Part shown: positions 39,567-51,496 of the stretch, piece by piece | How the letters are laid out: every line of letters begins with the position of its first letter | Position numbering within the stretch: the stretch's first letter is position 1 | Source: an uncultured delta proteobacterium | GTDB lineage: Bacteria > Desulfobacterota > RBG-13-43-22 | Direction of reading: 5' to 3' | Length of the DNA: 64,000 nucleotides | Assembly (NCBI GenBank): GCA_963790475.1 | Contig: CAWBOS010000006.1 | Span: forward strand, 416,001-480,000 | The notes under the pieces: generated by a model | Database searches by the model: none | The model's input: only the letters and a program-made list of their open reading frames with translations | Told to the model about the DNA's origin: nothing | Translations under genes and position numbers: made by a program

Positions 39567-41227
39567 ATGACGACCACGAAGGCAACATCCGAGACGCGGC
39601 TACTGACGGAGAAGCCGGCCTGGAAGGCCCTTGGGGAGCATTACCGGAAGATCCGCAATGTGCATCTGCGGTCGCTCTTCGCCGATGATCCCCGACGCGG
39701 CGAGCGTTTGGCCGCCGAAGGTGCTGGCCTTTACCTGGACTACTCGAAGAATCGCATTACCGAGGAGACGATCGGGCTCCTCCTGAATCTCGCCGAGGAG
39801 TGCGGATTGCGTCAGCACATCGAGGCCATGTTTCAGGGCCAGAAGATCAATGGCACGGAGAATCGAGCCGTTCTTCACATCGCCTTGCGTGCGCCTAAGA
39901 GCGAGCAGATTCTCGTTGACGGAGTCGATGTCGTGCCCGAGGTGCACGCCGTACTTGACAGGATGGCCGCATTCTCAGACCAGGTTCGCAGCGGCCAGTG
40001 GCAGGGATACAGCGGAAAGCCCATCCGCAACGTCATTAACATCGGCATCGGCGGCTCCGATCTTGGCCCTGTCATGGCTTACGAGGCGCTAAAGCACTAC
40101 AGCAAGCCGTGACCTGACCTTCCGTTTCGTCTCCAACGCGGACGGCACCGACTTCGAAGAGGCCACACGCGACCTTGACCCCGAAGAAACGCTTTTTATC
40201 ATCTCTTCGAAGACCTTCACGACCCTCGAAACGATGACCAATGCCCACACGGCGCGGGCATGGACGCTGAAAGCGCTGCACCATGAAGAGGCTGTTGCCA
40301 GGCACTTCGTGGCCGTCTCGACCAACGCCGAAGCGGTGGCGAAGTTCGGCATCGACACCGCGAACATGTTCGGGTTCTGGGACTGGGTCGGGGGCCGCTA
40401 CTCGATGGATTCGGCCATCGGTCTTTCGACCATGATTGCCATCGGCCCCGAGAACTTTCGCGCCATGCTCGCCGGCTTCCGCTCGATGGACGAGCACTTC
40501 CGTACCGCTCCATTCGACAAGAACCTGCCGGTGATCCTGGGGTTGCTCTCGATCTGGTATAACAACTTCTTCGGCGCACAGACGGTTGCGGTCCTGCCCT
40601 ACGCGCACTATCTCAAACGCTTCCCGGCCTACCTTCAGCAATTGACCATGGAGAGCAACGGCAAGCACGTCACCCTGGATGGCGCGGTCGTTAACTATCA
40701 GACGGGACCCATCTATTGGGGCGAGCCGGGCACCAACGGCCAGCACTCCTTCTACCAGCTCATCCACCAGGGAACCAGACTGATTCCGTGCGATTTCATC
40801 GGCTTCTGCCGGACGTTGAACCCGCTCGGTCCTCATCACGACCTGCTGATGGCCAACCTGTTTGCGCAGACGGAAGCGCTGGCCTTCGGTAAGACAGAGG
40901 ACGAGGTGAGGACCGAGGGCACTCCGGACTGGCTGGTACCGCATCGGATCTGCGAAGGCAATCGTCCGACGAATACGATTCTTGCCGAGCGGCTGACACC
41001 GGAGACCCTCGGCCAGCTGGTCGCGCTTTACGAGCACAGTGTATTCACGCAAGGGGTGGTCTGGCACATTGATTCATTCGACCAGTGGGGCGTCGAGCTT
41101 GGCAAAGTGCTGGCGAAGCGGATCTTTCCTGAGATTGGAAAGTGTCGATGAACCCCCACTCCAACATGACAGCTCGACCAATGCACTCATCCGGCGCTAC
41201 CGTCGGTTCAAAGGAGGGCAATCATGA
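39567..41227 (+). pseudogene. pgi: Glucose-6-phosphate isomerase with two +1 frameshifts (~40107, ~41134)
   Basis: [42 protein letters not shown] and DQWGVELGK. Full length once two single extra bases are removed, so it may be intact in vivo. Confidence 0.85.
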
Positions 41228-42207
41228 AGGAGAGTCCTTTGGCCGGAAAGCCGGCTGAGCCGTCCCTGCTGGTTAACGTGCCCAAACTGATCACGGCTTA
41301 TTATACCGACCTGCCTGATCCTTCGATGCCGGCGCAACGGGTTTCCTTCGGCACCTCAGGCCATCGCGGCTCGGCCTTCCAGAAGGCTTTCAACGAATGG
41401 CATATCCTGGCTATCAGTCAGGCCATTTGCCTGTATCGCGGGCAGCAGAAGATCGATGGCCCCCTGTTTCTCGGTATGGACACCCACGCGCTTTCAGTGC
41501 CGGCCCTGGCCAGCGCCCTGGAGGTGCTGGCGGCCAATGGGGTGGAAGTCATGATAGCCGGAGAAAGAAGAATATACGCCGACCCCGGTCATATCCCATG
41601 CCATTCTCTCCTATAACCGAGGCCGCCGGACCGGATTGGCCGACGGGATTGTAATTACCCCTTCGCATAATCCGCCCCATGACGGCGGCTTCAAGTATAA
41701 TCCGCCCAACGGCGGGCCGGCGGAAGGCGCCGTCACCGACTGGATCGAGGCCAAGGCCAATGCTTTTCTCGAGAGCAGCCTTCTGGGTGTGAAAAGAATC
41801 TCTTTCGAGAAGGCCCTTCGCGCCTCTACGACGCACCGTCACGACTACCTTCAAGGCCTACATTAGCGACCTCGGCCAGGTGATCGACCTGAACGCCATT
41901 CGCGAGGCGAAGATCAGCCTGGGGGTGGATCCGCTCGGCGGCGCCGGGGTCCATTACTGGGCACCCATGGCCGAGCGTTACGGGTTGAACCTCACGGTCG
42001 TCAATGAGGCCGTCGACCCGACCTTCCGTTTTATGACGGTGGATTGGGACGGTCAGATCCGCATGGACCCATCATCATCTTACGCCATGCAGCAGGCTGA
42101 TCGGCCTCAAGGATCGCTTCGATATCGCCTTCGCCTGCGACACTGACCACGACCGGCACGGGATTGTCACCCGGAGCGCTGGACTGTTACCATCCAATCA
42201 TTACCTG
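41224..42207 (+). pseudogene. pgm: Phosphoglucomutase, frameshifted and 3'-truncated
   Basis: [25 protein letters not shown]...NHYL; three +1 shifts; sequence switches to ackA after NHYL. Confidence 0.85.
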
Positions 42208-43393
42208 CATCCTGACCATCAATGGCGGCTCTTCAAGTATCAAGTTCGCGGTGTTCGAGGCCGGTGACTCGCTCCAACGGATTCTTGAGGGTGAAATTGC
42301 GCGTATTGGAATGCCGGAGGCTGCTTTGCGGGTGAAAGGCTTGAACCAGGCAGACAACCTTTTGCGACCCGTGACGGCGCAGGACCACACGACGGCGGTG
42401 AATGTACTGATGAGTTGGATTGAGGAACGTATCGGAATCGATATGTTGACTGCGATCGGGCATCGCGTGGTACATGGCGGACCCAAATACAGCGAACCAA
42501 AGAGAATCACTACCGAAATGGTTGAAGAACTGCAGCGGCTCAGTCCCTTCGATCCTGAACATCTGCCGGAGGAGATCCTGTTGACCGAGGCCTTTCATCA
42601 ACGATATCCTGATTTGCCACAAGTGGCCTGTTTCGACACGGCTTTTCACCATGATCTGCCGCGCCTGGCGCAGTTGTTGCCAATCCCACGCCGCTACGAA
42701 GCGCAGGGGGTGCGGCGGTATGGGTTTCACGGGTTGTCGTATGCGTTTCTGATGGGAGAACTGGCCCGCCTGGCCGGAACGGCAGCGGCCCAAGGTCGGG
42801 TCATCCTTGCCCACCTCGGCAATGGCGCCAGCCTGGCGGCGGTGTATGGTGGGCAAAGCATCGATACCAGCATGAGTTTCACCCCGACCGCCGGGGTGCC
42901 GATGAGCACCCGCTCCGGCGATCTCGATCCCGGACTGGTTTGGTATCTGGCCTGCACCGAAAAAATGGGCGCGAAGTAATTTAATGAGATGGTCAATTTC
43001 CGGTCAGGGCTGCTCGGCGTTTCGGAGACCAGTTCCGACATGCACGACTTGCTCGACCGTGAAACGCAGGACGTGCGGGCGGCTGAAGCAGTGGCGCTGT
43101 TTTGCTACCAGGTCAAGAAATGGATCGGTGCATTTTCGGCGGCGTTGGGCGGACTGGATACGCTGATATTCGCCGGTGGCATCGGAGAGAAGGCGCCGGC
43201 GGTCCGGACCCGGATTTGCGATGGGCTGGGGTTCCTTGGAATAGAACTCGAAGAAAAACAAAACCTGGCCAATGCGGGGGTGATCTCCGCTGCGGCCGGC
43301 CGGGTCACTGTTCGTGTCATTCATACCGACGAAGAATGGATGATCGCCAGAACGGTCTGCTGCGTTTTGGGTCTTACCATCGAAAAGGAATAG
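42206..43393 (+). pseudogene. ackA: Acetate kinase lacking its start and with an in-frame TAA
   Basis: [47 protein letters not shown]; TAA at 42977-42979, then the same frame continues with FAGGIGE and HTDEE. Confidence 0.88.
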
Positions 43394-43397
43394 GATC

Positions 43398-45873
43398 ATG
43401 AAAACAAAGGGGTCTGAAAGGAGCATTATTATGAAGCTGAAAAATGGGGGTAAGGAGAAAGTCGTTGTGGAAACGGAGAAGAGGAATAAAACGGACCAGC
43501 CGTTGTCGCCCGATCTCCTGCAAAAGATGAACGCTTATTGGCGGGCTGCGAACTACCTCTCGGTCGGGCAGATTTATCTCTACGACAATCCCTTGCTGAA
43601 ACAGCCGTTGAAACTGTCGCACGTGAAGCCCCTGGTGGTCGGGCACTGGGGCACGACGCCGGGTCAGAACTTCATCTATGTGCACCTGAACCGGGTCATC
43701 AAGAAGTATGACCTGGATATGATCTACATCGCTGGTCCCGGTCACGGCGGCCCGGCGCTGGTGGGCAATACTTACCTGGAAGGGACCTACAGTGAGGTCT
43801 ATCCGAACATCAGCCAGGATGAGGCCGGACTTAAGAAGCTGTTCAAACAGTTCTCCTTCCCCGGCGGGATTTCCAGCCATGTTTCGCCGGAGACGCCGGG
43901 GTCGATTCACGAGGGTGGCGAGCTGGGGTACTCGCTCAGCCATGCCTTCGGGGCCGCCTTCGACAATCCGGATCTGATCGTCGCCTGCATTGTCGGCGAC
44001 GGCGAAGCGGAAACCGGTCCGTTGGCAACCGCCTGGCAGTCCAACAAGTTTCTCAACCCAATCAGTGACGGAGCCGTGCTGCCGATCCTGCACCTCAATG
44101 GCTACAAGATCAGCAACCCGACCGTGCTGGCCCGCATCGAGCCTGAGGAACTGGAGCAATTCTTACGAGGCTGCGGCTGGACGCCCTACTTTGTGGAAGG
44201 CGATGAGCCGGAAAAGATGCATCAGCTCATGGCCGCTATTTTGGAAAAGGCCATCGAGGAAATCCGGCAAATCCAAAGTAAGGCACGAAACAAAAATGAC
44301 CATACCCGACCGCGGTGGCCGATGATCGTCCTCAGGTCACCCAAGGGCTGGACCGGACCGAAAGTGGTCGATGGTCTCCAGATTGAGGGCACCTTTCGAG
44401 CCCACCAGGTGCCCATCCTGGTGGATTCCGAGCATCCCGATCATCTCCAGCAGCTTGAAAGCTGGATGAAGAGCTACAAGGCGGAAGAATTATTCGATAA
44501 AAATGGCCGACTCAGGCCGGAACTGGCCGAGCTGGCGCCAAAGGGCGACCGGCGGATGGGCGCCAATCCCCAGGCCAACGGCGGCATTCTGCTGCGCGAC
44601 CTGCGCATGCCGGACTTCCACCTCCATGCGGTGAAGGTGTCTTCGCCCGGCGCCGTTGACGCTCAGGATACGCTCGTGCTGGGCAAGTTCCTGCGGGATG
44701 TAACCAAGCTGAATCAGGATCAGCGTAATTTCCGGATCTTCGGTCCCGACGAAACGCTCTCCAATCTCCTGGGCGCGGTCTTTGAAGTCACCAATCGTCA
44801 GTGGGACGCCCGGGCCGTAAAGAATGATGAATTCCTGGCGCCTGCCGGACGGGTGTTGGACTCTATGCTCAGCGAGCACCAGAGTGAGGGTTGGCTGGAA
44901 GGTTATCTGCTCACCGGCAGGCACGGGCTGTTTAACTGCTACGAGGCCTTCATTCACATCGTCGATTCGATGTTCAATCAGCACGCCAAGTGGCTGAAAG
45001 TCACCTCGCAACTGCCCTGGCGGCGGAAGATCGCTTCGCTGAACTACCTGCTCGCCTCCCACGTCTGGCAGCAGGATCACAACGGCTTCACGCACCAGGA
45101 CCCCGGCTTCCTCGACCACGTCGTCAACAAGAAGGCCGATATCGTGCGCATTTACCTTCCGCCGGACGCCAACTGTCTGTTGTCGGTCTTTGATCACTGC
45201 CTGCGCAGCCGGCATTATGTGAACGTGGTGGTTGCCGGAAAACATGCTCTGCCCCAATGGCTGACCATGGAAGCGGCGGTCGTCCATTGCACCGAAGGAC
45301 TGGGCATCTGGCCATGGGCCAGCAACGACCAAGGCGCTGAGCCGGACGTGGTCATGGCCTGTTGCGGAGATACGCCCACACTGGAGATTCTGGCCGCCGT
45401 TTCCATTCTGCGCCAGCATCTGCCCGAACTGAAAATCCGGGTAATCAATGTCGTCGATCTGATGAAACTGCAGCCCAGCTCCGAGCACCCCCATGGACTG
45501 AGCGACACAGGATTACGACTCACTCTTCACTAAAGACAAGCCGATTGTCTTCGCCTTCCATGGATACCCCTGGCTGATCCACCGGCTGACCTACCGCCGG
45601 ACCAACCGCAACCTGCACGTCCGAGGCTACAAGGAAGAGGGCACGATCACGACGGCTTTTGACATGAGGGTCCAGAATGAGTTGGACCGGTTCCACCTGG
45701 TGCAAGACGTAATCGATCGCCTGCCGCAGTTGGGTGCTAAGGGGGCTTACCTGAAGCAGATGGTTCGGGACAAGCTCGTCGAGCACAAGCAGTACATCGA
45801 CAAGCACGGCCAGGACCTGCCGGAGATTCGGAACTGGAAGTGGAACCAGGTCAACACCGACCAACCTGCATGA
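43398..45873 (+). pseudogene. xfp: Phosphoketolase (Xfp/Xpk) with a +1 frameshift near 45510
   Basis: [27 protein letters not shown] and [12 protein letters not shown]. The C-terminus FAFHGYP...RGYKEEG...WKW lies in the shifted frame. Confidence 0.88.
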
Positions 45874-45978
45874 AACCTGTCGCCAGCGAGGAGATTGTCG
45901 TTGAAGCCCTGCATCGACGGTTGCCGGTCAGTGCGGGCGTCGAGGCGGCTCGCATTGCCGAAAGAGGAGAGAGGAGAG

Positions 45979-46438
45979 ATGATGCGCATTGGCTTAGCAG
46001 CAGACCATGGTGGGTTTGAGTTGAAAGGTCAACTGACTGCGGCCCTCAAGGCCGCCGGATATGAGGTGGTGGACTTTGGCGCCCATGAGTTGGTAACCCG
46101 GAGATGACTACCCGGATTTTGTGGTGCCCCTGGCCAGGGCTGTGGTCCAGGGTGAGGTCTCCCGGGGCCTGGCCATTTGCGGCAGCGGGGTAGGCGCTTG
46201 CGTTGCGGCCAACAAGGTACCCGGCGTGCGAGCGGCCTTGATCACCGATTGCTTTTCCGCTCATCAGGGGGTGGAGGACGACGACATGAACGTTATGTGT
46301 CTGGGCGGTCGGGTCACCGGACAGGCCCTGTCCTGGGACTTGGTCCGGACGTTCTTGAGCGCCCGATTCAAGGGAGACGAACGGTTCAGGCGCCGTCTGG
46401 CAAAGGTGGCAGCGTTGGAAGGAGAGAAGAAGTCTTAA
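45979..46438 (+). pseudogene. rpiB: Ribose-5-phosphate isomerase B with a +1 frameshift near 46099
   Basis: IGLAADHGG | DDYPD, ICGSGVG, ANKVPGVRAA and RFRRRL. Confidence 0.85.
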
Positions 46439-46482
46439 AGGAGGTCAACGATGAACCTCTGCGTCTTGGAAACAATCTTTTC

Positions 46483-47901
46483 TTAATGAAGCATTCGGGC
46501 CGCAGTTATGGCCAGATCGTAAAAATAGGCCGGAAAAATGCCGCCGCCGATTATGATCATCATCATGATAACGGTCAGCAGTTTAACCGGCCAGGGCAAG
46601 ATAATCCCGGGCAGGTCTTCTTCAGCGGGAAGGAAATAGGCCGCCTTGATCACCAGGGCGTAATAATAAAGGGAGATGGCTACATTGACCATACCGATCA
46701 ATACCAGAAGAAAATAGCCCTTTTCCATGGCTGCCAGGAAAACCAGAAACTTGGCGCTGAAGCCGATGGTCGGGGGGAGTCCTCCGAGACTGAAAAAACC
46801 GAGCAGCAGGGCCATGGCCAGAAGGGGTGATCGACGGTGCAATCCCGCCAAATGGGCAATCTCCAGATCCTGGCCATGGGAGGCTACTTGGGTCAGCACC
46901 AAAAAACAGATGAAGTTCATAACCAGATAGGCCGCGGCATAAAAGATTGCTCCGGCATAACCGCTTTCGTTCAGGCTGAGGATGCCGACGAGTACGTATC
47001 CGGCATGAGCAATGGCGGAGTATCCCAATAATCTTTTCAGGTCCTTTTGAACCAGGGCGGTCAGGTTGCCCAGGGTCATGGAAGCGATGGCCAGGACAGC
47101 CAGGATGTGGACCAAAGGGGTACTGCCGCCGCCGCTCAAGGACAGCATGCGTAACAGGATGGCTATGGCCGCTACCTTGGTCGAGGTGGCGATAAAGGCC
47201 GTCACCTGGTTGGCCGCCCCCTGATAGACCCCCGGTGCCCAGAGCTGAAAAGGGAAGAGGGCCAGCTTGAAGAAAAAGCCGCTTAGAGTGAAAAGCAGGC
47301 CGATAAAGACCATAGGCGAGCCCATCTGGTCAGGCAGTATCTGCAAGAGTTGTGTTACATAGGTGGTCCCGACAGCCCCGTAGAGCAAGGCCAGACCGAA
47401 AAGCATCACCGCCGAGGTCGAGGCTCCGATCAGAAAATATTTGATGCCCGCCTCCAGATGAGGGCCGTCTCCCTTTCGCAAGGGAACCAGAAGGTAGAGG
47501 GAATATCCGGTCAGTTCCAGGGCCACATAAATGGTCAGTAACTCAACACTGCTCACCAGGATCATCATGGCCAGGGTGCAAAGGGTGAGAAGGAAATAAA
47601 ATTCCGGATGGCGTTTCTCCCCGATGCCCTTCAATTCCGAGCAGAGGCAGACGATGAGAAAGACCCCGATGGCCAGTAAGACCTTGAAAAGCTGAGAAAA
47701 GAAATCGACGCGCAAGACCTGTGAAAAAAAAGAACCTTGGCCATGTATTGCCCCCAGGCTGACCACAACACCTCCGGCCGTCAGCCAAAGGGCCAGGAGG
47801 TGGTCCCGCCCGGGGTTGGGCCGGGAGATCATGGCCACAATAAAGAACAGACCGGAGACGAGGAAAAAGTAACCTTCAGGGGCGAGGGGCATCCAGGTCA
47901 T
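46483..47901 (-). CDS. nuoN: NADH-quinone oxidoreductase subunit N
   Basis: EAGIKYF, FKLALFPF, KRLLGYSAIAHAGY; last gene of the nuo operon. Confidence 0.95.
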   Translation of the reverse strand: MTWMPLAPEGYFFLVSGLFFIVAMISRPNPGRDHLLALWLTAGGVVVSLGAIHGQGSFFSQVLRVDFFSQLFKVLLAIGVFLIVCLCSELKGIGEKRHPEFYFLLTLCTLAMMILVSSVELLTIYVALELTGYSLYLLVPLRKGDGPHLEAGIKYFLIGASTSAVMLFGLALLYGAVGTTYVTQLLQILPDQMGSPMVFIGLLFTLSGFFFKLALFPFQLWAPGVYQGAANQVTAFIATSTKVAAIAILLRMLSLSGGGSTPLVHILAVLAIASMTLGNLTALVQKDLKRLLGYSAIAHAGYVLVGILSLNESGYAGAIFYAAAYLVMNFICFLVLTQVASHGQDLEIAHLAGLHRRSPLLAMALLLGFFSLGGLPPTIGFSAKFLVFLAAMEKGYFLLVLIGMVNVAISLYYYALVIKAAYFLPAEEDLPGIILPWPVKLLTVIMMMIIIGGGIFPAYFYDLAITAARMLH

Positions 47902-49391
47902 CGCGGTAAGGTCTCCATAAAGGGCATCACTGCGGTTTGAATCAAATCGAGCATCAACGAAGGAAACAATCCGAATAAGAGCAGGGCCATCACCAGAATC
48001 ATTCGGGGAAGTCCCAAGCCGAAGGAGACATCGGGCAAATGAGCCAGGCGCTCATTACGAGGTCCATAAAAGGTCTTTTGGACCACCCGCAGCATAAAGA
48101 GGGCGCTGACCACCAGAGAGGAGATGGCCAGGATACCTCGAACCGGATAGGTTTTCAAGGAGGAAACAAAGATGGTGAATTCGGCCCAGAAATTGGCGAA
48201 TCCGGGTACCCCCATGCCGGCCAGGGCCCCGAGGATAAAATAGGCCGAGGCCTTGGGCATGATCCGGCTCATCCCCCCCAGTTCCGGAATAAGCTTGGTT
48301 CCGGTGGTGTCATGAAAATATCCGACTGATGAAAAAAGAAGGGCCGTCATGATCCCATGGGCGAACATCTGGAAGACGGCGCCGTTCAGGCCGCCCACGG
48401 TGACTGTGGATAACCCCAGCCCGACGATCCCCATGTGGGAGACACTGGAGTAGGCCACCACGTACTTGAGATCGGTCTGGGTCAGACCGACAAAAACACC
48501 ATAAACGATCCCGATGGTGGCCAGAACGGCCATCGGTTCGGCCCAATATTGCCACCCCAGGGGGCAGAGCAGGATAGCCACCCGCAAAATGCCGAAGGCC
48601 CCTAACTTCATGAGCACACCGGCGTGGATCATACTCACTGATGTGGGAGCGGCTACATGGCCCGTGGGTGACCAGGTGTGGAAAGGCCAGACCCCGGCCA
48701 GGATGCCGAAGCCCAGATAAAGAAAGGGGAAGGCTAATTTTTGTTGAAAGGGGGTAAAGGTCCCGGAGTGCATCAGGCTGATCAGATCAAAGGTGTTCAT
48801 GCCCGATTTGACGAAAAGGTAGAGCAGGGCCGGAAGGATCAGACTGCTTCCGGCCAGGAGATAGAGGAACAGCTTCATGGCCCCGTATTCCTTGCGCGTG
48901 GTGCCCCAGATCAGAATCAGGGGATACATGGGAAAGAGGGAGACATCATACCAGACAAAAAGGAAAAAAAGGTCCAGACTCATGAAGAAGCCGAATACGC
49001 CCATGACCAGCAGAAAAGAGAGGGCAAAGAATTCTTTTACCCTTTCCTCAAGTTTCCACATGGTCAGCACCCCGGTAAAGTGGACAATGCCGGTCAGGAG
49101 CAAGAGCGGCAAATTGAACCCATCGGCCCCGTTGAAGTAATGAATGCCCAGGGATTTCACCCAGAGGACTTTCTCCACAAACTGAAGGCCCCCTTGAGAG
49201 CGGTCATAGGTGATGAATAAGAGGATGGTCAGGAGGAAAGGGATCCCGGAAAAGACCGCACTGATCCAACGGATCAGTGCTTTTCGTTGAGCGGGAATAA
49301 ACAGGATGACCAACAGACCCACCAGGCAACTGAGAAGGATGGCCGTGAGAAAAGGAAATCCGGCATAGGCTATGGGTATATTGAGTTTCAT
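47898..49391 (-). CDS. nuoM: NADH-quinone oxidoreductase subunit M
   Basis: PFHTWSP, GVLMKLG, AYSSVSHMG, QMFAHG. Confidence 0.95.
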   Translation of the reverse strand: MKLNIPIAYAGFPFLTAILLSCLVGLLVILFIPAQRKALIRWISAVFSGIPFLLTILLFITYDRSQGGLQFVEKVLWVKSLGIHYFNGADGFNLPLLLLTGIVHFTGVLTMWKLEERVKEFFALSFLLVMGVFGFFMSLDLFFLFVWYDVSLFPMYPLILIWGTTRKEYGAMKLFLYLLAGSSLILPALLYLFVKSGMNTFDLISLMHSGTFTPFQQKLAFPFLYLGFGILAGVWPFHTWSPTGHVAAPTSVSMIHAGVLMKLGAFGILRVAILLCPLGWQYWAEPMAVLATIGIVYGVFVGLTQTDLKYVVAYSSVSHMGIVGLGLSTVTVGGLNGAVFQMFAHGIMTALLFSSVGYFHDTTGTKLIPELGGMSRIMPKASAYFILGALAGMGVPGFANFWAEFTIFVSSLKTYPVRGILAISSLVVSALFMLRVVQKTFYGPRNERLAHLPDVSFGLGLPRMILVMALLLFGLFPSLMLDLIQTAVMPFMETLPR

Positions 49392-49489
49392 CCCCGGGGA
49401 GCCCCCTTAAATTCTTTTTTTAATGAATTCATAATACATTCCCAGCCATCATCAACCTTGAACCTTGAACCTCGGATTTTCCCCTTCCC

Positions 49490-51355
49490 TCAGGCCAAGA
49501 AAAAATAAAGGCCCACCAAGGCCAGCACGGCGAAGGAGACAAAAATATTGTAACGGAGTCTGCCGGATTGCAGATAGGAGACCACCCGTCCACTGTTCAC
49601 CGTGAATTTACAGAACTCATCAATACCGCCGTCGATCACCTGCTGATCATTTCGGGTAAAAGGATAGGCCAAGGTCCGATAGATCACCCGGTCCAAAAAT
49701 ATTCTGTAAAAATGGTCCAGGTACCATCGCTCGGCCAGAAAATTTCGAATCCTGTCATTCCGTTCGGCAAATCCAACCTGGCTGGCCTTCTTGCGGCCGA
49801 ATTCAACCCAGGTCAGGGCCAGGGCAAGAAGGACCAAGGCCTGAGAAAGATAAGTCAGCCAATGCCCCTCTCCGGCCGGACCAGGCCGGCCCAAAAAATT
49901 TCTTAAAGACCCTTCAAAAAATCCCAGGACCACGATAATGGCCGCCAGAATAACCAGCGGCCAGGCCATGGCCCAATAAACCGGGCCACCGGGCCTTTCC
50001 CCAGAAGAGTTTTCCCGCTCTATTTTTTTAGGAAAGAGAATGATAAAGATCGCTCTGAAGGTGTAATAGGGAGTCAGGAAGACACCGGCCAGGCCGATGA
50101 TCAGCCAGAGGGGATTGTCCAGACGGGCCAGGGACTCCAGGATGGCCTCTTTGCTGAAGAAACCAGCCAGAGGGGGAATGCCGGAAAGGCTGGCCCCGGC
50201 CAGGATAAGACAGACCGTGGGGATTTTTAGACTGCGGCCGGGAAGTCGCCCGATTTCGAACATGTCGTTGGTCTCATAGTAGTGTATCCAGGCTCCGGAG
50301 CAAAGGAAGAGCAAGGACTTAAATCCGGCATGGGTGGTGAGATGAAAGATCCCGGCAAAGTATCCCCCGGCGGCCAGGGCCATAATCATATACCCTAATT
50401 GACTGATGGTCGAATAAGCCCAGACCTTTTTGATGTCCCGGTCCACCATGGCCATGGTGGAGGCCATCAGCATGGTGATGGTGCCGATGGCCAGAAAAAC
50501 AGTCATGGCCTCCGGGGAATGACTGAAAAAGGGAAAAAGCCGGGCGAAAAGGTAAACGCCGGCGGCCACCATAGTAGCTGAATGGAGCAATGCGCTGACC
50601 GGCGTTGGTCCTTCCATGGCATCGGGCAGCCAGGTCAGAAGCGGGAATTGGGCGCTTTTGCCCACAATTCCGCCAAAAATTAAAAGGGCCGAAAGGGTGA
50701 TCAGCCCTGAAGACATTCGTGCCGAGGCCTCAGGGCCGTTCATTTCCAGGATGCTGAGATTGCCCAGATGAAGCAGCACCAGGAGAAGCCCGAGAAAAAA
50801 AGCACCGTCCCCCAGGCGGGTCATGACAAAGGCCTTTTTCCCCGCCTCGGTGGCACTGAACTTCTCGTACCAGAAGCCGATCAAAAGATAGGAGGTAAGG
50901 CCGACCAGTTCCCAGAAGAAGTAGAGCTGGACCAAAGAGGCGGAAAGAGTCAGGGACATCATAGCCCCGGCAAAAAGAGATTGAAAGCCAAAGTAGGTGG
51001 AAAATCTCGGATCCCCGGACATGTATCCCAGGGAATAGACCTGGACCAGTAAACTGATTCCGGCAACCACCAAGAGCATGAGCAGGCTGGTAGGGTCCAG
51101 CAAGAAACCAAATGAAATGGAAGTGCTCCCGCTGACCAGCCACCGGGTGGTATAAAGGAGGGGATGATCCGGATGGTTCAGAAGCAAAAAAAGGGCATTG
51201 ATCAGGGAAATAGAAACCGCCCCGACAGATAATCCCCCAGAGATCCTGGGATAGGGCCGGGTCAGGATCATGATGACCGCAAAGGCCAGGAAAGGGAGCA
51301 TGACCGCCGTTGCTGCCGCCAGGAGGGTCGGGTCTTGAAAGAGGTTTTGGATCAT
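49490..51355 (-). CDS. nuoL: NADH-quinone oxidoreductase subunit L
   Basis: WELVG, GKSAQFP, WLPDAMEGPTPVSALLHSATMV. Likely start is MIQNLF at 51355. Confidence 0.95.
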   Translation of the reverse strand: MIQNLFQDPTLLAAATAVMLPFLAFAVIMILTRPYPRISGGLSVGAVSISLINALFLLLNHPDHPLLYTTRWLVSGSTSISFGFLLDPTSLLMLLVVAGISLLVQVYSLGYMSGDPRFSTYFGFQSLFAGAMMSLTLSASLVQLYFFWELVGLTSYLLIGFWYEKFSATEAGKKAFVMTRLGDGAFFLGLLLVLLHLGNLSILEMNGPEASARMSSGLITLSALLIFGGIVGKSAQFPLLTWLPDAMEGPTPVSALLHSATMVAAGVYLFARLFPFFSHSPEAMTVFLAIGTITMLMASTMAMVDRDIKKVWAYSTISQLGYMIMALAAGGYFAGIFHLTTHAGFKSLLFLCSGAWIHYYETNDMFEIGRLPGRSLKIPTVCLILAGASLSGIPPLAGFFSKEAILESLARLDNPLWLIIGLAGVFLTPYYTFRAIFIILFPKKIERENSSGERPGGPVYWAMAWPLVILAAIIVVLGFFEGSLRNFLGRPGPAGEGHWLTYLSQALVLLALALTWVEFGRKKASQVGFAERNDRIRNFLAERWYLDHFYRIFLDRVIYRTLAYPFTRNDQQVIDGGIDEFCKFTVNSGRVVSYLQSGRLRYNIFVSFAVLALVGLYFFLA

Positions 51356-51428
51356 TATGGTCTCTATAATTTCATCAAGAAGGTTTTGATTTTGAATCTT
51401 TATTTTTTCGAAATAAGTGGTCAGAAAC

Positions 51429-51496
51429 ATCACTCCGGCGAAAGCCGGAGTTCAGGATTAATCGATTTACTGGATTCCGGCTTCCGCCGGAATGAC
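51429..51496. repeat. REP-like composite palindrome between nuoK and nuoL
   Basis: ATCACTCCGGCGAAAGCCGGAGTTCAG...CTGGATTCCGGCTTCCGCCGGAATGAC: two hairpin units in inverted orientation. Confidence 0.8.

Noticed and set aside
40105-40112. TGA ends of the pgi and rpiB (46105-46107) partial ORFs as Sec codons
   Set aside because: Homology continues in a different frame, so these are frameshifts rather than in-frame read-through.
42977-42979. Stop-codon recoding in ackA
   Set aside because: The codon is TAA at a non-catalytic Gln-type position, and the gene also lacks its start.
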